A stretch of 64,000 nt of DNA. Origin: Ostrea edulis (taxonomy: Eukaryota). Numbering within the stretch: position 1 is the first letter of the stretch; each line of letters begins with the position of its first letter. The DNA lies in contig NC_079164.1 in the NCBI RefSeq assembly GCF_947568905.1, positions 83,948,001 to 84,012,000 on the forward strand, given 5' to 3'. The notes under the pieces are model-generated. The model did not search any database, was not told the DNA's origin, and saw only the letters and a list, made by a program, of their open reading frames with translations. This document shows, one piece after another, positions 48,656-62,680 of the stretch. A program made the position numbers and the translations under genes.

Positions 48656-51600
48656 TTAAAAAGCGTCTACATTTTTATGCGAAATTTTGGCCCTTTTTAA
48701 GAGAGATCTGAACGCTCTGGGCACACTGCAGTGGACTGAGAAACTCCTGCCATCTAGAAATTCTGGAATCATGATGAATTTGGCGTGGATGTACATTGGC
48801 AGGTTGCGAGTCTTGCTCTGTCTGATTCCAAGTCGTCTGACTACGTCACTAGGGAGAATCTGCGGATGTAAAACACAGGGTTTAAGAGACAATTATCAAT
48901 GGTATGTGGTATTACCTCTTTTCTTGAGTTTTTTGTTGGTCAATCATGTACTTGTGCTTTACAGGCCGTTGTATGTATCGTGTAACTAATAAATGTATTT
49001 GTTTTCTAACTTTATATATATTTCTTTCTAATAAAACTATCTTGGGATTGCCAATTTGTCATAATGAAAAAGTTCGAAACTTTATTAAATATTAGTATGA
49101 AAATTATTTTGAAATTTGTCAGAGAACAAAATTCGGACCATATAGTTTCAAATATTACGTAACAGATGTTTAAATAGTACCTGTATTTTTCAATTTGGGG
49201 TTCAAAATGCATTGTACTATTATTCGATAATAATAAACTAGTCACCTGCGGTTTGATTTCACTCAGGTAGGAATATTTGTGGTCTCCCAACACCGGGGTT
49301 TTCAGCACATGAAGGAGATGTGTTCGTATCTGATGTTTCACACCTATTAAAACATGTATACAGAAACTATTTCATATGTTTTGTGGGATATTCTGAAAGT
49401 AAAGTGCTGGGAAAATATTTACTGTAATAGAAACAATAAAAAGACAAATATCCCTCACATTCAAGTAAATTAAACATGCATGGTCTATGAAAACATTGGG
49501 AGAAATATACTGTACATTCACTACATGTACCTATACATACATAGCTTACAACAACAAATAGGACCACGGGTCATAACGCCCGCCAGACTTTCAGCCAGGT
49601 TTCTTACCGAAGTGCTTTAATCGGCATCGCAAAATGTCAACCATTGTAGTAAGCATGATTGATTGATTGTATATTGTTTAACGTCCCTCTCGAGAATTTT
49701 TCACTCACATGGAGACGTCACCACTGCCGGTGAAGAGCTGCAAAATTTAGGCACAGGGAGGGATCTTGATCGTGCCAAACCTGCTGTGACACGTGACCTC
49801 GGTTTTTATGGTCTCATCAGAAGGACCACCCCATTTAGTTGTCTCATACGACAAGCAAGGGGTACTGAGGACCTATTCTAACCCAGATCCTCACAATTAT
49901 GAGAGTTCGTGTATATTACTAGTGAATTTCACACACTGCAGATTTGTTGATGTTGAAAAGAAAATATAAGAAACTTTTCTACAACCTACTGGGGATGGTT
50001 GTCGGGATTTTCTCCGGCTTACACAGTTATGACCTCCTTATATAAACAAAACCAGATAGAGGACTCCTATTGGAAATAAGTTCTAAAGAGTTTTTACAGG
50101 TTACATGTATCCCAGCTAGCATTTACTATCTAAGCCGAATAAAGATTTATTTTACTCGGAGAACATGCATATTTCATTGTAAAGTATCTGGGTCTTACTG
50201 TTGTGTGTCACGCGAATTAAACCCCGGATATTTTTGCTTGAAAATACAATGGAGTCTACAGTCGCACTACACAGTGATGCTTCAGATAGGTAAACCATAC
50301 AAAATTTCTTTGTAATGTATATATCAATATATATTATGGGTAGCAATAAAGATCTATTGGATGGTTTGTGTGAATTGCATACAAAATACATGTATATAAA
50401 AATTGTACATAATGCATTTATCACTTTTAACACACATCGGTGCACGTACGTTGTATCGAATATTTCAATGACACAAAACAATCTGCTTATTGTTTCAATG
50501 GTTTGACAGTATCCACACAATGCTACATTTATACGCTGTATTAAGCAATATAATAACAATGGAACAATGTATATATTATATTGAACTGAATTTGAACGTT
50601 CCTAAATTTCCTACAAACGGAGACAAGAGAGTGGGACAAGTAGGATCGCCAGCTTATTGGGCGGTATACATTTTCGATGGACATTATAAATTCTCCACAT
50701 CGAGGACCTATTGCTATAGTATTACCACGAACAGTTCTAGACAAAAAAGCGGTCACTTTATGGTAGACAGTGGGCATCATATTGCAGAGGCAAGCAGCCA
50801 TGCCATCACTTCGGATACTCAAGAAGTGGTACCACAAACAGACAGTCTGGTGATATTGAACATACAGAATCTGGTGAAAATTTACGACGTAGGATCCGGT
50901 AGTGACGTCGGCGAGATTCACGCGCAGTATCTCCTCGACAACGTACTGACGGGCACCAGAAAATCCTTACAGACAAATCTAGCTCGTAATGACAGAAGTG
51001 ATTGGAGGGATGGAACAAATACGTTCCAAAACTTACAGGCTAGATGTCAATATTTTGTTTTCGTAAAATACACCGCCATTTTCTTTATCATGTTTTAACA
51101 ATTCAGTAATTTAACATAAGGATTTCATTTCATTTTCAGATTTCCGCAGGCGTTGGAGAATTTAAGAGTGAAAAGGCAATCGTTGGAACCCTAGAGTGAG
51201 AAAACAATGCAATAATGCACTTATTATTTTGTTCCTATCCGGATTTATTTTATATTTTGCTTTAGCATACAAGAAAAGTTTACTTTCTACTTTTATATAA
51301 CAGGAATATTCAATGGACAAATCGAGTGGAGGAAATCGACACGAAGATTTCTTTTCTATCATCAGTGGTGAGAGAATGAAATATGTTTGTTTTCACATTT
51401 TTATTTTCTTCTTCTGATAAATGCACTTGGATTAACCTTAGGCAAACGGAAAAAAGTCAAACTCAAAGGTCATGAGATCAAAAAATTTTGGTATTAGAAG
51501 AAAGGTCTTGTCACTGGAATATCACCATCCATTCAAACGTTATGATCAAAGGTAATTTCTTAGGAACAAATAGACAAACGACTAACAAAACACTATGCTC

Positions 51601-52425
51601 CTGAATCTCCGATTACGGGAGCATAAAAAGAAGAAAAAAAGGATGGTTTAAATAGCTAGGATGATATCTACTGGGGAAAAATACAGAAGAAAATGAAAGA
51701 AGAATTTAGTGTGTGCAGTACACAGTCAAGAGAAAGTTTATGAGCATAATCATGTACATGTGAGTCTCTCTCTCTCTCTCTCTCTCTGATGTAATAATTT
51801 CTATAACAGATAACTGATTTGAGAGAGATTCAGTCACAGGGATCAAGAAGGGACGCCAACTCGGAAAGCAGCTTTAGCGATTCCGACGAAAATTCAACCG
51901 AACCCACTGACTCGGTTACCAAAAATAGAGCGTCTTTCTGGTGTGGATTTTTCTGTGGATCATCCAATTCATGTGTGAGTGCAACTTTTAGTTTTGTACG
52001 CTATATATCATTCTGAAAGTATGTGTTGAAATATTTTATCTTTAAGATTTTGTATTACTTTCAGAACAAAGTAGAATCCATTCACTGCAAAAGATCTGCT
52101 TTTCTAAAGAGGATTCGAAAGTTTCTCTGGAAGAATTAACAGGAATTTAGGTTTTTACTTTGAAATGAACACACAAATCCAATAAATCGATGTACATTTG
52201 TCTTTGCTGTGTTCAGGTATTAAACTTACATTACAAAATGTCGTTCATCATGGACAATATGCTATTCTAGTATAAATTTACATATGATAGTATTTAGCTG
52301 AAGGTATAATGTTATAAGTCTATTGTGTTGTAAACTTAAGATCATCATTGAATACTATTAGTGTTTAGTATTATATTAAAACTGTCTTATTTCAATTACT
52401 CCCTCCTATCTTTAGAAGGTTTCCC

Positions 52426-52458
<33 letters not shown>

Positions 52459-55400
52459 GGGGGGGGGGGGTCCTCCTCTGAAGAATTTTGCAGTGTAATA
52501 TAATATGCTACTTTATATGATAGCTGTAATGATTACTATATTTGTGCATACATGCTAAATATTTGCATATTTAAAGATGACTCAGATAAATGTATTCTAA
52601 TAGAAAATCGCTAAAACGCATCAAAGATGCGTATGGCCAGTTGCAGTTTGGAAAATTATGCACGTTTGCATTCACGAAATAAAAACATGAAGTAAAAACA
52701 TGCACGTATTTAATAATAGTTTATAAGTATGAAGCTTTGAATGGCCGCAATAGGTATTTAGTGTGATAATGAACTTGACCTTTGGATTTCAAAAGCAACA
52801 TGAATCTTGAATGTCATCAGGATTTGAAGTCTGATAAACATGCACCAGCAAGTACATGTATAAAAGTTAGAGGCAAGCTCAAATATACAGTATATAGTGA
52901 AAAAGAGACATTGACCGTTGACCTCAAAATAAATTTGAACCTTCCCCTTTTGGATGTGATCAAAATATGCAAGTCTGACAAAGACGCACCAAGTAGTATG
53001 AAAGTTAGAGACCGGACAAGCTCAAATCTCTGGTATTTAGTGACCTTGACCTCAAAATAAATAGGAACCTTCCTCTTTTGGATGTGATCATGTTATGTAA
53101 GTTTCACAAAGATGCCCCTAGTAGTATAAAAGTTAGAGACCGGACAAGCTCAAATCTATGGCTTTTAGTGACAAAGTGACCTTGATCTTTGACCTAAAAA
53201 AAAAGAACCTTCCTCTTTTGGATGTGATCATGTTATGTAAGTCTCACAAAGATGCACCAAAAAGTATGAAAGTTAGAGACTGGACAAGCTAATTGTGGAC
53301 GCTGCCCGCCTGCACACCCATCCTTCACCAATTTAAAAGCCGAGATTTGCTACGCAACTCGGCTAAAAAGTAAGGTACTCATTTTTAGCTTATATCAATA
53401 GGGATGATAGGCTAATTATTACAAATTCATTTTAAAAGAAGCTAACACAACCACAATTGAAGCTGACAGTAAGCAACTTCATTACTTCTAAACTTGCACC
53501 CATGTGAGAGTACATAGGAGAACAAGAGGCACACAGGCCTTATCAATCACCTGAGTATTAATCATAAGTATCAATTGTCCCAAGGGCTATGAAATCTAGA
53601 ATGTTTTTTCCTGTTTTGAATACTAATATTGATTCAATAAAAGTACATGTATAAGTCTTAAGAACACAATCTCTTTCTTTTAAATGTGCTCAAAAGTTGC
53701 CTATAGTGATGAAATACTTTACATAATATAATATATGTAACATTAACACAGTATGAGTAATTTGAACCCATCCTAAAGTCAATACCCCGGGGTTGCAAAA
53801 TTCACAAATTTAGTACATCCTTTTCAGTTTTACCTAAATATACATTTAGTTTTTACATGGTACCATATCAACAAACTTCAAGAAGTATTTAAAATGATAA
53901 AGAAAATATCAGTCTGATTAAAGTCACACCCCGTACTTATGAGTATATGTGGGGTCTGATTTTAATCACACTGAAGAAAATACAATCACTATAATAAGTT
54001 TGGCTCAACCCTGGAACCAAACCCTTACCCCAAGGATCACGATCAAGAAATTTACAATTTTAGTCAAGGACTACCTACTCCTTCTAAAGATCTATTTAGT
54101 TTCAATAGCATTAAAAAGGTATTAGCTAAATGTTTTACACCTTTACACTGTATACACCACCTTTGGCCCCTCCCTGAAGTCAGAACCTCTACCCCTGGGA
54201 TCATAAAGTTTACAATTTTGGTAAAGGTCTTCCTGATCTACATTACTATGCATTTAGTTTTTCTCACACGTGCAGTTGTAGAGAAGAAAATTTTGAAAAT
54301 TGGGTACCCTTCCCAACAATGCTGCATACAAAATTTGACAAGAGTTTGAATGGAAGATATCAAGAAGTAAACAAGAGATGTTTGTAAAACACATATGCCC
54401 CCCATGGTGCAAAATTGAAAAGGGTTATACACACACCTCATTTAATTGATGGTATTATCATCAATTCAAAATATTGAGCAGACAATATCTTCCTATGTCA
54501 AGAGTGAATTGACCATGTGACCTAAAATTCAATAGGGGTCATCTACTCCTTATGCTGTACCAGTGTACCAAGTTTGGTACGTGTCGATCAAGCAAATAAT
54601 TCTTAAAATATAGGAGACAATATATTGCTATGTCCAGTTCAACAGACCTATCCCAGGGACATGACTTGAACAAATTTGAATCTGTATTACCAGAAGATGT
54701 TTGCATAATGATAGGACTAATCATGGCCCTGCTTTTCTTTGGAAGATTTTCAAAAAACCATATCCCCATATAAAACTCTAATCCCCTATTGTAGCCCCAC
54801 TCTAACGCTGGGTGACATGATTTGGATAAATTTGAATCTTCATTATGTTAGGAAGCTTCCACATAAGTTTCATCAATTTCTAGCCCAGCAAATATTTAAA
54901 GGACACCACCCTATTTTTTGCCTTTTGTTGATTATCTCCCCTTGGAAGAGAAGAGGACCCTTCATTTGCAACTGGAATCCCCTTCATCAAAGAATACTCT
55001 GTGCTATGCGCTCAATGGTTCTGGACATGACGATGAAATTGTGAAAAGTTTACAACACCGATGACACCGAAGACAACACTAACAGACAACAGACAAATTT
55101 TTCTAATTTTTTGACAACTCTTACCTGTTTCAGGCCGAACTTCCAACAGAGCACAACTGTTACTTTTGGCAACAAGTCTGTAATGAGTTATAGCTGGCAT
55201 CATCTTCTTTTTCGATTTGTGCATAACATGTTTTGTCTCGGAGTCATAGATAGGGATGCAAGTCATCTGTAACCAAACCATACTGAATCTATCAGAGTGC
55301 ACAACACAAGATAAAATGATAATACATGTATCATTTTCTGTAATTAACACTCAAGTCATCTGTAACCAAACCATACTGAATCTATCAGAGTGCACAACAC

Positions 55401-58400
55401 ATCATAAAATGGTAATACTTATACAATTTTCTGTAATAAACACTCAAGAAACAAAGTATATTTTCATTTTGTGTACAGAAATTATCATTAAATTTGATGC
55501 TAAATACTTATTTATTCCTGTTTATGCATTTGTTTACATACATGTTATTTCATATCTCTCTACATGTATATCTATTCAAAGGATTCTCAAGATACTGAGC
55601 AAACACTATCTATGGCCAAAGTAGTTTAGTAGTTTGACCATTGACCTTGTGACCTCAAAATCAATAGGAGTCATCTATTCTTTACCTAGAACCTGTGTAC
55701 CGAGTTTGATATCTGTCAAGAAAAGGGTTCTCAAGATATTGTACACACAATATCTTACTATGTCCAGTTTGACCCTAAACCTTTGACCTTGTCACCTAAA
55801 TCTAAATATGGGTCATCTAATTCTTAGGAGGAACTAGTGTACCTAGTTTGATGTTTTTCAAGCAAAGAGTTCTCGATATGTTGAGTGGACAATATCTTAC
55901 TTGTCTAGTTGGACGTTTGACATTAAAACTGATAAGGTTCATCTACTCCATAAGTAGAACCAGTTTACCAAATTCACTGTTAGTTAAGCAAAGGGTTCTC
56001 AAGATATTGAAAAGATAATATCTTACAATGTTCAGTTTGACTATTGACCTTTGACCTTATAATCAATAAAGGTCATCTACTCTCTAGGAACAACCACTGT
56101 ACCAAGTTTGGTAACTGTCAAGCATTTAGGATACTTTAGATACCAAGTGAACAATACTTGGTCTCTAGACTGACCAACCTTTGACCATGTGACCTGAAAA
56201 TCAATCGGGGTTCATCTATTTTCTTGGGGCAACAACTGTACCAAGTTTGGTAACTGTCAAGCAAGGGGTTCTTTATTGAAAAGACAAGACTGCATCTACA
56301 GACCGATCAACAGGTGCAAAACAGCATGCTCCCTCTTTTTCAAAGGGGGGAAGGGCACAAAAATAGATTTCATTTTTAAAAATACATGAGGGTATGAACT
56401 GCGATGCTTTACGTCGATATAATTCATGAAGCGTGTTAATTAAATAATAAAATGCTTTCTTTGTTATTTTATCAGGTGATGAAGATAGCTAGCATTGCAG
56501 AAAAATTCATAACCCGCATAGGGTTATAAAAAAATTTCTGCAATGATTGCTACCTTCATCACTCAATAAAACAACAATGAAAGACATTTTATTGTTTTAA
56601 TATATTTTCACGTATTTTTTAAAAATATAAACTAGATCTAAGTACTGATATATCATATCATGGACCATTTCGTTACTTTTAAACAGAACAGCCAATGCAA
56701 CTTTTTACTTTGACAATGCTCCATATTTTGTAATCATTATGCAGGAAGGTGGTACTAAAAACTGGATCTAACTAGTTTGCAACAAACATGTATTCATTTT
56801 CTATGATGAATGCAATGTCAATTTCAACAGAAATATAAGAGAAAAGATTCAGTGAATGTAAATAATGCTTCATAAAAAGTATGCCATTGTGAAGCCTTGC
56901 AGTTCATACCCTCATGTGTTTTTCAAAAATAAAATTTATTTCTTAAAGGGACTGATTCACAATTTCACCCCAAATTTTGAGTTTATTATTTGTTGTGTAA
57001 ACAAAGATTTGGGTATATTATTGATTACAAAGTTTTCAAAATAAATAGATATCGAATTAAGTTTATCATGTTTACCACATGTCAAGTATTCTTTAGCTAA
57101 AATGTGTCATTTAATATCTTCATTCTACATTATATCAAAATGCTTTTTAAAAATTACAACATTAATATTTCACTGGTTGTTTGTCAACATAAAAGACTTG
57201 AGTCTTTGTTTACATAACACATAGTTTAAGGCTAAAATATTGCTTTTATCCTTGCATTCAGAAGGTCCAAAGAACTGCAAACGATAGTATTCTTTCACCA
57301 TCTACCTTCTTAATTTTTAAAAGTTATAATTTTAAAATTATTTTTAATGTCAATATAGATATTTATATGAATTTTCATAAAAGTGAATTTATGACAAAAC
57401 AAAGAGAGATAACTCTATAATTTGGGTTAAAATCACATATTTCACTAGAAATCAATGGAAAATATTTTAAAATTCCTTTTCACAGGTGTTATAAATTGTC
57501 ATTTAGCAAATTTACACATAAACATTTGTTGTTTTGGGGGGGAGGGGGGGGGGGCATATGTTTACAGACCAAACATGTCAAAAATGCTCTTTCTTTGATC
57601 AACTGTAAATGAGGTTAAACTATGAAAAATTAAGATGAATCATTTCTTACTCAATAATGTAAAGTAATTTAACAATTTAAATGGTTATCTATTTATATCA
57701 ATATGTATTTTAAAATATATTACATTTTAAAGCCTGATTTCAAGGAACAGATTTTTTTTTATCCCCTAATAAAAAGGAATTGTAATTACTTTGCATTAAA
57801 AAAAATCTCATTAGCAAAACTGTAAAGCTTTTTAAAAAGTTAATAATGTAGGCAGGAATCCAGAGTTAACGTGCATAGTTATATGCAACATTAAATGAAT
57901 TATATGGTAATTGTTTTTAAAACATAAAAAAAAAAAGTGAACCATACCCTTTGAATGGATAAAAAATATAAATACAAAGTGACTGGGGAATTGTTGCACT
58001 GCATAAATTGCATACAAACTTACCCGTTTTTTCCTGTCTTTTCCAACCTCTCCCTCACCAATAGGTACATCAATAATGCCTATCAAAACACAAAATTTTC
58101 AAATGTTCTAGAACTACCAAAATTCTTTGAAATGAGAGCAGTGCTGAAATTAAACTGATGAAATATTTACCTTCCTTGATAGATGGGATTCCCTTTGTAA
58201 TGACTAAGTATGTCTTCTTCACTTCTCGGTTCTTGAATGCTTTTCTCAGTTTATTAGCCATTTCTTCAGTTCTATAATTCATGGTAATAAATGAATATGC
58301 TATATAAATGTCCTTCTTGAAGTACATATTTCAAACACTTATAGAATCAGAAAACTAGCAGCGACAAGGGTAAACTATATACAAAATTCAATTGAGCAGA

Positions 58401-61400
58401 AAGCACCTTGCTATCAGAGAATTGTCTATAAATAAAATGAATTTCAATGTGCAATACAATGACATACAAGAATTTGAAGCAATTCATGTCTTTCTGATAT
58501 GTTATGAGATATTGTTCATAGTAAATTTCAGACTTCGTCATCATCCCCTATAAAAAGATACGATATATGATTGCTAAACATTAAGAAGTCTACTGTACAA
58601 TGATTGACCACACTAACTTGCCAAACAGCATGATTCCCGTCGTTTCCTTGTCCAGTCTATGAACCAGGTGGAGATTTTCACAGTGGATCCTAGCTGCCAG
58701 CTTTGGTAAGAGGTCTGCAATATTCAGTCTTACACCTTCTCCTCCTGTTTGTTTCCAAAAGAAATAAAATTTCTTAAATTCCTAATTCAACTGCACCAAG
58801 ACTAAAGAGGAAAAGTTACATACTAAAATTTCAGTTTTCAAAATATTATTTCCTCATTGCTTCTCTAACCTTGTGATGGTATCCCATAAATCTTGTTAAT
58901 TGCAAGAATATCATCTGAAATCAGTTTTATATATTCTATTAATAAACATGCAATTTAGAGCTCATCTGCAGAAAGTCTTAACAAATGAATAAAAAATGTA
59001 CACAAAATAACATCCCCAACAAAATTAAGCTAGCTTACTACCTACCCAAATCTTTGATAAAGAGTATTACTAAAGAAAGATTTTTAAAAAGTAACTTTAC
59101 AGCACATGCATACATATAATATCTACTGCCTATTTCAAGTTAAGAGCTACTACATGTACTGAATATCTCCACACATATTGCTGATATTTCCTCTGAGTGA
59201 ACTCTAAGAATAGACTCTAAAATAATAGATGATAAACTCTAAAGAAGCAAAATCTAGAGTACGAGTTTTCTAATGAATCAGAGATTCAGGGTGGGGCTTA
59301 ATGTGAGAGTGACAGCTCAAACAGAGCTCCACCCTGTATTCTCAGTGACTTGTGACATGGCCCTGGCAAATATTCTGTATTTTGATACAGTCCCTCACTG
59401 AATCAAGCAATCACATTGGAGCCATTTCGATTTCCTGCAAGTTGACAGAAAGCATGGAAAACTCGAAGGCAATTTACAGATTTAGCATTGAGCTAGTTAA
59501 ACGGGAATACAAGAATGTTTCAATATTGACATTTGTTCTTTGCTCTGTGACGATTTTTTAAATCAATGAAATAGACGACATTATCAAAACAAAAGGTGAC
59601 AAACAGCACCTTCTGAAGTCAAATGACAATGGTTTATTCTCGTAAACTGACATAATATACAGTGTAGAGATAAATTACACGTAATATGAAGAAGAAAATG
59701 CTTTTGGATATACATGTAGCATTCTGACCAATGACAAAAAATTGAAACTACCATTAGTAAACACTGTCTTATCATTATCAAGACAAAGAGTCTGTAAAAG
59801 CAGAAGTATTACTGATGCAGTGTGTCCTACAAAAGTGAAAGTAACTTATAATATTTTACTAATCATGCTGATTGTACTTTCAATTTTGGTATTGTGAAAT
59901 GAGCACATTCATTTTTCAGAATAAAATGATTAAAAGCATTGTCAGGAAGACAAATTCAAAAGCATTTTGCATCTTAAAAATGTGTTAAGTTTGCCATCAT
60001 TTATTTTGTTTTATGCCGGCTAGTAAAATTAAACTTTGAATTTTAGAAAATAGGAATTATTTTTTTCGATTTAATCCTCGTCATTTTATATAGGATGCAG
60101 GTAATTAACAAAACCTGTGCTGCATCACAGTTATTTTATTGATACAGAACACTTTGTCCTCATTTGCATATTACCAATTATATATTAAAATCATCCAAGT
60201 TGTATCTCAAAACAAAATCACAAAATCATCGATCAACGCATGAAAGCAAGAACTCCCAAATATGGTATCAACAATATGATTTCACAATCAATACCTACCT
60301 CTATTGTAAATAATACTCTCCACCAATTCATCTAAAACTTCGTCTTCTGTCAGCTTTTCCACTCGTCTGTGTAGATACTTGCTTAAATCAACAGTAGATT
60401 CTCTGTCAATTCTTGACACTATAAATAAAACAATATGAATGACTTTACACAGTCAGGTAAAAAGTGTCTGTATGCAGATACATATAAAGGTAATCTGGAA
60501 GAATATTTTCCCCTACAAGTGTTTGTTCTTTAAATCGGAATAAGGAAAACATTTTTTGATATCTTGTTTAGTAATGATCATGTTTTCAGTACTTTTGAAA
60601 CTTTGGTCAATTGCGTTAACTCATTTTCTTGCACCTCCCACATGACCCTATTAGTACATTGTTCAGCTGTCTATATATTGAAAAAAGAAAATCATATCTA
60701 AAGAACTTTTAAAAACTGTTAACTTTAGTGGGATATATATCTCTGTATCAATTTAATAACCACACACCTTGATCATCTCTCTGAAGATCTTGAAAAAACT
60801 GGTATGCAGCATTTTCTACCATCAACGCATTTGGGGCCATCTCTGATACTGGCATAGATGATTCTCTCTGAGAGGTAACTTCTCCAGCCATTTCATTCTC
60901 ATAGACAGGCATTACATTGTCTATTTGTTTCTCTTCATAACAATTTAGCATACTATCCAATGGGTTCTCCCATGAACTTTTATCCATTACAAGTTCCATT
61001 TTACTTCCATGCTTTTCTGTGTTTAAGGCTTTTTGTTGCAACTTTGCATCATGATAGATTGTTTCTTCTTTTGATAACTTTTGTATGTCTTTATTGGTGC
61101 AACTTTTTTCCGTATTTGTGTTTTCTGTTAACAAATCCTCTGTCTTCATTGAATTCCTGTTTTTCTCTGTCCCTAACAAAATATACTCTGATGTTGAACT
61201 ACAACTCTTTCAAAAATTCAAACTAGATTTCAATCTCCAGTTTTAATACTTCTACCTCTCTTAAAAAAAAGTTTCATATTTTTCAGATTTAAACTTTATT
61301 TACTATTCTCATTACTTGTAGATACATGTATTTGTAGTCTTACCCCTATCAGACAATATTTCCCTCTTCTTCACAGTATTACTTTCGTTCACCTGCATGA

Positions 61401-62199
61401 TTTTAGGTTCATGAACTTGATGTATCTTATTTGGCACTGGTCTTTGGTGAGTAGCATTTGCCACGCTGTTGATGATGTCTGATGATGTTTCATCAGAGAT
61501 TTCCTCTGTCACCTCCTCTGGTTGAATTAACAATTGCCGACATGCACTGGGTGTAAAATGGCTTTGTGCTTGATGCAGCAATACTTGACTTTTATTTGTC
61601 TTCATAGCATCATCTATAGTTTCTCTGTTTGGTTTACTACCACTAGAACCCTCTTTACTTATCTGACCTTCGCTTGTCTTTTCAGAATTGGGTTTAGCTG
61701 TCCTTGCATTTTCGTTTTTTTCACCATCATATACTCTGGATTGTTTTATTAGTAAGTGTGAAATAGGCTGAGGAGATGCTTTCCAGTCTACATTCTTACG
61801 ATACTGGCTCAAAGTGCTAGCTATTGAGCCCAATTTGGGCTGCAAAGTCGAAAAGTCTTCCTTCACTGGAATATATCCCTTTCTTACCCCATCTATTTTA
61901 ATACTTCCAAAATTTGCCTCTTCAACTTTACCATCATAAGCATGAGGTTTTTTATATTTTCCTATACCGTACATTTGCGACAATTCTTCTTTTGACAGTA
62001 CATTTTGAATTTCCTCTGTCTTCTCTTCTGAATGCTCCGATACAGTGACACCGAGATAATCACCACTATCACACTTAGATTCAATTAAATTCCCAGGAGT
62101 CTTTGAGTCCTTTTCAATTTTTGTAGAAGAATATTGAAATACTGATCTGTAAATTCTGCTGTTGCAACCTCTTAACACGACTGAGTGTCTAGTAAACAT
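48656..62199 (-). CDS. RPUSD4: Mitochondrial RluA-family RNA pseudouridine synthase RPUSD4-like, about 717 aa, 10 coding exons
   Basis: Exons 61344-62199, 60768-61172, 60299-60418, 58870-58914, 58618-58744, 58171-58271, 58024-58079, 55125-55266, 49246-49343 and 48656-48859 (2154 nt, phases compatible). Motifs AINKIYGIP, HRLDKETTG (catalytic Asp), KKTYLVIT and TGVKHQIRTHL..PVLGDHKYS. Arg/Ser-rich transit-peptide-like start. Confidence 0.88.
49656..49894 (-). mobile_element. Molluscan SINE-like repeat
   Basis: Reverse complement of the 20161-20470 family, with (GATT)n tail. Confidence 0.85.
50490..52139 (+). CDS. Unknown multi-exon gene (possibly disabled) nested antisense in a RPUSD4 intron
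   Basis: Long ORF exon to 51038, then 51140-51195, 51304-51367, 51810-51974 and 52065-52139 (stop) join in frame through four junctions. AATAAA near 52181. The first donor is GC (CAG|gctaga) and the 5' end is unresolved. Confidence 0.55.
52428..52470. repeat. (GT)n microsatellite followed by a G-run
   Basis: Direct reading. Confidence 0.9.
52770..56365 (+). mobile_element. Cluster of Pearl/HINE-like satellite-carrying elements in RPUSD4 introns
   Basis: Segments about 52770-53369 (terminal agccgag..ctcggct hairpin), 53521-54369, 54370-55110 and 55600-56365 (terminal hairpin plus A-run), all with gaccttgacc..aaaatcaatagg-type units. The RPUSD4 exon 55125-55266 lies between segments. Confidence 0.6.
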
Positions 62200-62680
62200 T
62201 GCGTTTCATGACATTCAACAGCTGTTCAACAACTAACTAAACCACTAGAACTTATCACCTTCAACATATTGTAATTCCTAAATAGCACAAAGATTGGCTA
62301 AATATCAAAATAAACCGTTTGAACCTCTAGAAATGAAAAATTCCTGCGAGTTTGTCGGTGCTTTTTTTTTCTTTCTTTTCTGTCAACGACATGTCTACTC
62401 TATGGAGGCTGCCATATTGAAAATCTTGTTAACTCGATCGGGAAGGTATAATTTTATTTTTCAAATCTAAACAGTTAAAAATAAAAATAATCCCCTCTAA
62501 AAGATAGAAAATGACAATGAGATGATTATGAAATTTTTTATAACAAGATTATGATGATCAGAACCGTGGATGTCTAACAAGTTTACACTATACCGAATGA
62601 ATAAAGTACGAATTAATAATAAAATCTACTTTCACTTTGGACGCTTGTGTGCATTCGTGTGTATACATTTGAATGACAAT
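62200..62680. promoter_or_regulatory. Putative bidirectional promoter RPUSD4/FANCL
   Basis: Only about 480 bp between divergent start codons; YY1-like gctgccatattg near 62409. Confidence 0.55.

Noticed and set aside
50490-51098. MS4A/CD20-like membrane protein assignment for the nested ORF
   Set aside because: The AYWAVYIF segment is too short and no four-transmembrane pattern is present.
59287-59337. Small hairpin as an H/ACA or miRNA precursor
   Set aside because: Only a 9-bp CAGGGTGGG stem with CAGG-type termini like the local MITEs; no second hairpin or H/ACA boxes identified.
62570-62680. 37-aa N-terminal extension of FANCL
   Set aside because: AT-rich and unlike FANCL. Met 62681 gives a length of about 373 aa that matches the family.
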